Source: Actinomycetes bacterium
GTDB lineage: Bacteria > Actinomycetota > UBA4738 > HRBIN12
DNA: 64,000 nucleotides
Assembly: GCA_031423155.1 (NCBI GenBank)
Contig: JANPEZ010000113.1
Location: 814-64,813 of the forward strand
Direction of reading: 5' to 3'
Every line of letters starts with the position of its first letter. Position 1 is the first letter of the stretch. The notes under the pieces were generated by a model. It was not told the origin of the DNA. It made no database searches and saw nothing but the letters and a program-made list of their open reading frames with translations. The position numbers were made by a program, and so were the translations under genes. Below are positions 57,749 to 64,000 of this stretch, in pieces.

Positions 57749-59293
57749 TCAAGGCGCGACCGACCAGTTCCACGTCCGCCAATCGACATCGGAGGAACTG
57801 GAGCTGGCCACGTTCCATTGATTGGTGAGCCACACGACACCGCGTGCCGCGGACATGGGCGCCGCCGGATCCGGGCTCGCCGAGGAATAATCGCCCCAAC
57901 GGCAGAGCGTGAAGTCGCACCCGAAATCGCGGTTGAACCCCTTCGACTGCTTGACGAGCTTCATCAACGACTGAGCCTTGCCTCCTCGTTTGGAAACCAT
58001 CTGGATCGCCGGATAAGTCGTAGCCGAAGAAGTGTTGAATCCGAACACCATGCTCTTTCCGAATGCGCTTCCGCCCGCAGATACGATGCGATCCGAGGAG
58101 ATCGACCCGTTGAACACGTAAAGATCGGGATCACTGACGATGCCGGACTGACGCAGGACCGGACTTGGGCTGACCGGATCGATCTCGTACCAGCGTTCTT
58201 CGGCGCCGGCGCCTCCTAGAACCGTGTGAGCGGTCCAGATCGACCAGCCGCTGAACCTCGGGTCGCGGGCGAGCACGGCCTGGAAGAAACGTCCGTCCAA
58301 CGTGTCCAGCAGGGGGCCGGAGACACCCTTCTGAGGAGCGTTGGCGGGCAAGGAATACGAGGGCACCGTCACCTTTCGAGGCGGACCGAGCACCGCCGCC
58401 CCGGAGCCCAGATCCTTGGTCACGGTATAGACCGTCACGTTTCCGGAGCTGGCGACCACCGTCATGTCGGGGTTGGCGATGACGTACCCGGTGCTCGAAT
58501 CATCGATCTGGTTCGAGGGCACAGGAGTCGCGGCTTGCGCGCCGCTACCCAGCTTGATGTTCGAGAAGACCCCGGTGGTGAAACCACCCAAGCTGGGACA
58601 GGTGGTGATAGGTCCGGCGGGCGGTTTGGTCATCCACATCACATCCGACCCTAGGTAGACATCGGAGGGGTCGAACACGTTCGCCCCGATCAGAAGGAAG
58701 TCGGAGGTGTCGCCGAGTTTCGGGTAGTCGGGCAGGTCGACGCCGTAGCCGAAGTTCACCGGATACGAGCAGAAGTCCCCCCGTGCCGAAGGGGTTTCGG
58801 TCTTGCTGAAGCCGATACCTATCTTGTTGGTGCAGTAGTCAAGCACCGCGTAGTAGAAGCGTTGCGTACTCGCATCCCAGATGACCTGAGGGTCCGTCAG
58901 GCACGAGTCTGAGATCCCGGCCAGGCTGCCCAGATCGCCGGCGTCCAATAGGGCTCCGGCCCTGTCGTAGATGCCGAATCGGCCGTTCGTGAGCTGAACG
59001 TAGCGCTCGGGGCCGACGGCTCCCACGGCGTCAGGAGGAGTGACGCCGGCATCCTTCTGACCCGGCCACGCCAGGGTGGTCACCGGAGCACGACCGACGA
59101 GCGCCCGCGCATCGTTGGAGCTCGCCTCAGCCCATCGGCCAGCGGCCGCCTTGGCATCTCGAAGGGCCTCCGGGTGAAGCGGCAGGTATCCGAGTTCGGG
59201 CGCCGACGCGCGGATCTGTGCCTGAGCAGGCAGCCCCGTGATCGGTGAAACGACGACCAGAAGCAAGGCGATGATCGTCGAAACCCTCTTCAC
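57749..59293 (-). CDS. Secreted Cys-containing protein of unknown function (PPD-x-x-GAVG motif)
   Basis: Signal peptide (AQA|Q), PPDAVGAVGPERYVQLTN, DPQVIWD, DYPKLG and RWGDYSS. Confidence 0.75.
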   Translation of the reverse strand: MKRVSTIIALLLVVVSPITGLPAQAQIRASAPELGYLPLHPEALRDAKAAAGRWAEASSNDARALVGRAPVTTLAWPGQKDAGVTPPDAVGAVGPERYVQLTNGRFGIYDRAGALLDAGDLGSLAGISDSCLTDPQVIWDASTQRFYYAVLDYCTNKIGIGFSKTETPSARGDFCSYPVNFGYGVDLPDYPKLGDTSDFLLIGANVFDPSDVYLGSDVMWMTKPPAGPITTCPSLGGFTTGVFSNIKLGSGAQAATPVPSNQIDDSSTGYVIANPDMTVVASSGNVTVYTVTKDLGSGAAVLGPPRKVTVPSYSLPANAPQKGVSGPLLDTLDGRFFQAVLARDPRFSGWSIWTAHTVLGGAGAEERWYEIDPVSPSPVLRQSGIVSDPDLYVFNGSISSDRIVSAGGSAFGKSMVFGFNTSSATTYPAIQMVSKRGGKAQSLMKLVKQSKGFNRDFGCDFTLCRWGDYSSASPDPAAPMSAARGVVWLTNQWNVASSSSSDVDWRTWNWSVAP

Positions 59294-59324
59294 GGCGGCC
59301 TTTCGGGGTCAGCGGACCCGCCAA

Positions 59325-59350
59325 TGGTCCCAGCCCCTCACTAGGGACCA
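59325..59350. promoter_or_regulatory. Perfect 7-bp inverted repeat in the divergent promoter region
   Basis: TGGTCCC-N12-GGGACCA. Confidence 0.35.
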
Positions 59351-59392
59351 CAACAGGAACGGTCGCTATCGGAGGAAAACAGCCGATGGGGT

Positions 59393-59419
59393 TAAGTCGG
59401 TCGCCAGACACGCCGATGC
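59393..59419 (+). promoter_or_regulatory. sigma28/WhiG-like promoter of the alpha-oxoamine synthase gene
   Basis: TAAG-N15-GCCGATGC, 10 nt before ATG 59430. Confidence 0.55.
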
Positions 59420-59429
59420 GGTCTGGGCG

Positions 59430-60791
59430 ATGGCTACAGAAGACCTGACTCAGCCTACCCCGATGCGTCGTACCGCCGACCGGCTCAAGCGCCGGCAGGC
59501 CGACATGCCGGTAGGTCCTTCTGCCAACGGAAAGCCGCGCCGTCGTCTGGAAGACGGGTGGCTCGAACGGTGGATGGACACCGTCTCGGATCTCTCTCGC
59601 CTCAAGAACTCGCACCCGATGTTGGACGCCGTCATCGAGGAGCAGGAGGGGCGCCGCATCCGGATCGGCAAGCAGTGGCTTGCGGACTTCGCCAGTTGCA
59701 ACTACCTGGGATTCGATCTCGACCAAGAGATCATCGACTCGATCCCCGAGTACGTCGCCAAGTGGGGGACCCACCCCTCGTGGTCGCGGCTGCTGGGAAG
59801 CCCGATCATGTACGAGGAGATCGAGGAGCAGATGGCCGAACTCCTCGACGTGGAGGATGTGCTTCTGCTTCCGACCATCACTCACATCCATACTTCCGTC
59901 ATCCCGGTACTGGTCGGTGACGGGACCATCTTCATGGACGGTCGGGCCCACAAGACGATCTACGACGGCTGCATGTATGCGGCCGGGCATGGGGCCACCG
60001 TGAAACGCTTCCGCCACAACGATCCTCAGCATCTTGACGAGTTGCTCGCAGCCAGCGATCCCGCACTCCCGCGCGTGATCGCGATGGACGGTGTCAACAG
60101 CATGACGGGCAACGCCCCCGACATCGCGGCGTTCGGCCAACTCGCCCGAGAGCACGACGTCCTCCTGTACGTGGACGACGCCCACGGGTTCGGCGTGATC
60201 GGTGAGCGCTCCCCCGACGAGCTCTGCGACTACGGGACGAAAGGGAACAGCGTGATGCGTCACCTAGACGTGCCCTACGAGAACACGGTCCTCGTGGCCG
60301 GATTCTCCAAGGCGTACTCGTCACTTCTGGCCTTCCTCGCGCTCCCGACGAAACTGAAGGACGTTCTGAAGGTCCTGGCTCCGCCGTACCTCTACTCGGG
60401 TCCTTCTCCCATCGCATCTTTGGCGACGACCCTGACCGGCCTGGAGGTCAACCGTAAGCGCGGCGACCAGTACCGGCTCGATCTGTGGACGAAGACTCAC
60501 CGCGTCCTGGACGCCCTCGACGAGCTCGGCATCTACACGCCGAACGAGTCCGGATACCCCATCATCGAGGTTCCACTCGCGGACCACGAGGAGATAGACG
60601 AGGTTGGCCGCTACCTGTTCGATCACGGGATCTACGTGACGATGGCTGCCTATCCCCTGGTGCCCAAGAACGAGGTTGGATTCCGCGTCCAGCTGACGGC
60701 GGCCAACTCCGACGAGGAGATCGACGATCTGATCCGCGTCCTGGGCCAGCTCAAGGAGCACTTCCAGCTCCGCCAGCACGCCGAGGTCTGA
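59430..60791 (+). CDS. PLP-dependent alpha-oxoamine synthase (AONS/BioF/CqsA/SPT family)
   Basis: FASCNYLG, SRLLG, DGRAHKTI, FRHND, DGVNSMTG, VDDAHGFG and GFSKAY (PLP Lys). Start at 59430 or 59463. Confidence 0.9.
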   Translation: MATEDLTQPTPMRRTADRLKRRQADMPVGPSANGKPRRRLEDGWLERWMDTVSDLSRLKNSHPMLDAVIEEQEGRRIRIGKQWLADFASCNYLGFDLDQEIIDSIPEYVAKWGTHPSWSRLLGSPIMYEEIEEQMAELLDVEDVLLLPTITHIHTSVIPVLVGDGTIFMDGRAHKTIYDGCMYAAGHGATVKRFRHNDPQHLDELLAASDPALPRVIAMDGVNSMTGNAPDIAAFGQLAREHDVLLYVDDAHGFGVIGERSPDELCDYGTKGNSVMRHLDVPYENTVLVAGFSKAYSSLLAFLALPTKLKDVLKVLAPPYLYSGPSPIASLATTLTGLEVNRKRGDQYRLDLWTKTHRVLDALDELGIYTPNESGYPIIEVPLADHEEIDEVGRYLFDHGIYVTMAAYPLVPKNEVGFRVQLTAANSDEEIDDLIRVLGQLKEHFQLRQHAEV

Positions 60792-60815
60792 GAACCCTCC
60801 GAAGATTCAGCCCGA

Positions 60816-60837
60816 TGACCAGCGTTTGCCCTGGTCA
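60816..60837. other. 7-bp hairpin between the synthase and GGDEF-EAL genes
   Basis: TGACCAG-cgtttgcc-CTGGTCA; could be a terminator, processing site or operator. Confidence 0.4.
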
Positions 60838-60880
60838 GAGGGGATTCCGCTGATACCGCTAACTGGGTAGCCCCAACGCC

Positions 60881-60908
60881 TAAGGTCGGCCTCAAGTCCC
60901 GCCGATAG
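60881..60908 (+). promoter_or_regulatory. sigma28/WhiG-like promoter of the GGDEF-EAL gene
   Basis: TAAG-N16-GCCGATAG, 8 nt before ATG 60917; no SD is present. Confidence 0.65.
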
Positions 60909-60916
60909 CTCCCTAG

Positions 60917-63900
60917 ATGAAGAAGCGCGCCTGGTACCTCTATCCGGCCCTCGCGGCCGTTGCCACCACCGCCTACCTTGCGGTGCGCACCGGCCCGGCA
61001 CCGGACTTCACTCACCCCAGCTGGGCCTTCAACCTGATCGGACTCTCCTCTCCACTGTTCATCCTGCTGGCTGTTCGGATCCACAAACCTGACTACCGGA
61101 TCCCGTGGTTCCTCTTCGCCGCCGGTCAGTTCCTGTTCATCTGCGGCGACGTAGTGGCCTACAACTACGACAGATTCCACAGCCTGCTACCGAGCATCTT
61201 CACCTTCCAGGACGGGGGCATGCCGTTCCCCTCGCCGGCCGACGTTCTGTATCTGTCCGTCTACCCATGTCTGATCGCTGGGCTGCTGCTGTTGCTGCGC
61301 CGTCGCAGTCCCGGACGCGACACGGCGAGCTTCATCGACTCGCTCATGGTCGCTATCGGCGTCGGCACTCTCTCCTGGGTGTTCCTGATCTCTCCGTACG
61401 TGCACGACTCGTCGATGACGGGTCTGTCCAAGCTGGTCTCGATGGGCTACCCGGTGATGGACCTGCTCATGGCCGCGGTCGCCGTTCGGCTGGCGGTGGG
61501 CGCCGGAAGGCGAGCATCATCGTTCAACCTCATCATGCTCTCGATCGTCGCACTATTCGCTACGGATGCCATCTACGGATGGTTGCTCCTGAACAACGGG
61601 TACGTTCCCGGCAGCGGCGACCTCGAACTGGGCTGGGTGGCGTTCTACGTCTTGTTCGGAGCCGCGGCCCTGCACCCGTCGATGCGTACGCTGTCCGATC
61701 AGGTTGGGGATGCCAAGACGAAGCTGACGCAGGGCCGCCTTGGCCTGCTCGCCGGAGCTACGTTGCTGGCACCTGCGGCTCAGGCCATACAGTCCCTGCG
61801 CGATCTTCCTGTCGACCTTCCCGTTGTGCTGGGGGCGACCGTCGTGCTGTTCGCGCTGGCGATCGTGAGGATGGCCGGTCTCGTCCACAAAGAGGAACAG
61901 TCAACCCTGCGTGAGAAGGCTCTTCGCGAAGCGGGTGCGGCGCTGGTGACCGCGACCAACCGCGAGGGCATCTATGAGGCGGCCCTGGAGGCCACCCGTT
62001 CGCTGGCCGGCCTGAACGCCGCCGTCCGCGTCTGCGTGGTTAAGGACGAGGGCGACACCCTCGTGGTCGTTGCCTCGGCCGGTGGTAGTCGCGACACGGT
62101 AGGCGAGACCTTCGATTTCTCCTCCCTGGCGGCCTGGAAGCGCGAGAAGCTGCTGGGACACGGGTCGTATCAGGTGCCCGCGAGCGAGAGTTCGATGCAG
62201 GACGAGCTGGACCCCTCGACTCTCGGCGGGATGTTGTCGGTAGCACCTTTGTTCATCCGCGATGAGTTCCGAGGGATGATCCTGGTGGCCGCCGGAGCCG
62301 AGACAGATTCCAGGGCGATCACAGATGGGTTGGAAGCCCTTGCCTCACAGGTCGCCCTAGCCCTCGAGTCGGCTGCCCTTACAGAGGGGATGCTGCTCCA
62401 GGAGAGTGAGAAGCGTTTCGCCTCCTTGGTTCAGAACTCCTCGGACATCGTCAATCTGATCGAGCCGGACACGACCGTGCGCTACGCCAGCCCCGCCACG
62501 GCGCGGGTCCTGGGCATGCAACCCGACCAGATGGAGGGCACCAAGTTCTCGGCGATAGTCCACCCGGAGGACAAGACACGTGTCCTGACCTTCCTCACGT
62601 CCATGGGAGAGGAAGGCGCCACCGGGCTGATCGAGTACCGGATCAAGCACAACGACGGGCACTGGATCTTCGTCGAGACCCTCAGGACGAACCTGTTGCA
62701 CGACCCGAACGTGAAGGGCATCGTCGCCAACACTCGTGACATCACCGAACGCAAGGCCTTCGAAGAGCAGCTCTCGCACCAGGCCTTCCACGACCCGATC
62801 ACCAACCTGGCCAACAGAGCGCTGTTCCGCGACCGCGTTACCCACGCGCTCGAGCGCCAGGGCCGCGACGGCAAGCCGATCGCGGTGGTCTTCATGGACC
62901 TTGACGACTTCAAGACGGTCAACGACTCGCTTGGCCACGCAGCCGGCGACCAGATGCTGGCCGAGGTTGGCGACCGCCTGCGCAACTGCCTGCGCGCCGC
63001 CGACACAGCGGCCCGCCTGGGCGGAGACGAGTTCGCGATCCTCCTGGAGGACGGCGGCGACGGGATACAGGCCGCGGACGTCGCCGATCGCATCATGCAA
63101 GCCCTCGAGGCGCCCTTCCAGCTGGAGGGCAAGGAAGTCTTCGGCCGTGCCAGCATCGGCATCGCCGTGGTTGAGGGTGACAACGTTACCCAAGGTCAAG
63201 AGGGTGTCGAAGAGGTCCTGCGCAACGCAGACGTCGCGATGTACATGGCCAAGGAGAACGGCAAGGGCCGCTACCAGATCTTCGAGACAGCGATGCACGA
63301 CACGGCCCTCAAGCGCCTGGAACTCAAGGGCGACCTGCAACGCGCGCTCGAGCACGATGAGTTCATCCTCAACTACCAGCCCGTCATCGAGTTGGAGACA
63401 GGCCGCATCCTGGGTGTCGAGGCGCTGATCCGCTGGATCCATCCCGAGCGTGGCTTGGTTCCGCCCCTGGACTTCATCCCCCTTGCCGAGGAGACGGGTC
63501 TGATCATCGCGATCGGTCGCTGGGTTCTGCGAGAGGCCTGCACCAAGGCCGTGGAGCTTCAGAATCAGTTCCCCAGCGATCCCAAGTTCCACATGGCCGT
63601 GAACCTGTCGGCTCGCCAGCTGCAGCGACCCGAGATCGTCGAAGAGGTTAGGTCGATCCTGGAGGAGACCGGCCTGGACGCGGACTCGCTGGTTCTGGAG
63701 ATCACGGAGTCCGTGATGATGGCCGATATGGAACTGTCGATCGCTCGCCTCACCGAGCTGAAAGACCTGGGCGTCAAGCTCGCGGTGGACGACTTCGGGA
63801 CCGGCTACTCCTCGCTGAACTACATCCGCCGGTTCCCGGTCGACATCTTGAAGGTGGACAAGTCCTTCGTCGACGGCGTCAACGAAGGCGGGGAGGCGTC

Positions 63901-64000
63901 CGCCCTGACAGCCGCGGTCATCGAACTTGCCGGCATCTTGAACCTGAAGCCTGTCGCCGAGGGCATCGAGCGAGCCGACCAGCTAGAGCGACTGCTGGAG
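60917..64000 (+). CDS. 3'-truncated multi-TM sensor-GAF-PAS-GGDEF-EAL c-di-GMP enzyme (absent from the ORF track because it has no stop in the window)
   Basis: Hand translation: MKKRAWYLYP..., about 9-10 TM (FPSPADVLYLSVYP, GYPVMDLL), GAF-like segment, PAS (LVQNSSDIV...VHPED), HDPITNLANR, RAAD...RLGGDEF, VEALIRW, DDFGTGYSSL, KVDKSF and VAEGIE. Confidence 0.95.
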   Translation, partial: MKKRAWYLYPALAAVATTAYLAVRTGPAPDFTHPSWAFNLIGLSSPLFILLAVRIHKPDYRIPWFLFAAGQFLFICGDVVAYNYDRFHSLLPSIFTFQDGGMPFPSPADVLYLSVYPCLIAGLLLLLRRRSPGRDTASFIDSLMVAIGVGTLSWVFLISPYVHDSSMTGLSKLVSMGYPVMDLLMAAVAVRLAVGAGRRASSFNLIMLSIVALFATDAIYGWLLLNNGYVPGSGDLELGWVAFYVLFGAAALHPSMRTLSDQVGDAKTKLTQGRLGLLAGATLLAPAAQAIQSLRDLPVDLPVVLGATVVLFALAIVRMAGLVHKEEQSTLREKALREAGAALVTATNREGIYEAALEATRSLAGLNAAVRVCVVKDEGDTLVVVASAGGSRDTVGETFDFSSLAAWKREKLLGHGSYQVPASESSMQDELDPSTLGGMLSVAPLFIRDEFRGMILVAAGAETDSRAITDGLEALASQVALALESAALTEGMLLQESEKRFASLVQNSSDIVNLIEPDTTVRYASPATARVLGMQPDQMEGTKFSAIVHPEDKTRVLTFLTSMGEEGATGLIEYRIKHNDGHWIFVETLRTNLLHDPNVKGIVANTRDITERKAFEEQLSHQAFHDPITNLANRALFRDRVTHALERQGRDGKPIAVVFMDLDDFKTVNDSLGHAAGDQMLAEVGDRLRNCLRAADTAARLGGDEFAILLEDGGDGIQAADVADRIMQALEAPFQLEGKEVFGRASIGIAVVEGDNVTQGQEGVEEVLRNADVAMYMAKENGKGRYQIFETAMHDTALKRLELKGDLQRALEHDEFILNYQPVIELETGRILGVEALIRWIHPERGLVPPLDFIPLAEETGLIIAIGRWVLREACTKAVELQNQFPSDPKFHMAVNLSARQLQRPEIVEEVRSILEETGLDADSLVLEITESVMMADMELSIARLTELKDLGVKLAVDDFGTGYSSLNYIRRFPVDILKVDKSFVDGVNEGGEASALTAAVIELAGILNLKPVAEGIERADQLERLLE

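Noticed and set aside
59430-60791. Assigning the symbol bioF
   Set aside because: No bioA, bioB or bioD is nearby, the protein has a long basic N-terminal extension, and family motifs alone do not separate BioF from Kbl, SPT or CqsA.

Overview
High-GC actinobacterial chromosomal segment, probably from an uncultured lineage (inferred from gene content: Rv0049/ponA1/Rv0051-like and Rv3654c-3660c-like genes, many apparently leaderless starts). It holds about 60 CDS. I saw no rRNA, tRNA, CRISPR array or transposase. In order: the end of a SipW/TasA-like fibre locus; a menaquinone cluster (menE, menB, menA, menD, menF, menG) with a coupled MerR regulator; two GT-C mannosyltransferases; a NarL-type two-component pair; a class A PBP with DUF5318; a Tad/Flp pilus operon whose cpaE/ssd gene is separated by a 5.4 kb unrelated block; an RNHCP gene behind a probable leader-peptide attenuator; a MoaD plus beta-propeller pair; a secreted sulfatase with Ig-like repeats; a large NAD-glutamate dehydrogenase; yitJ; a USP-USP-Rieske fusion; serC interrupted by an in-frame TAG; secreted phosphoesterase/glycosidase genes; and finally an orphan PLP alpha-oxoamine synthase followed by a membrane-sensor GAF-PAS-GGDEF-EAL protein that runs off the window. 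The best candidate new system is that last pair. Each gene has its own sigma28/WhiG-like promoter (TAAG-N15/16-GCCGAT), an arrangement resembling CqsA/LqsA autoinducer synthase plus sensor but with c-di-GMP output. All family calls come from motif recognition by eye; no database search was run.
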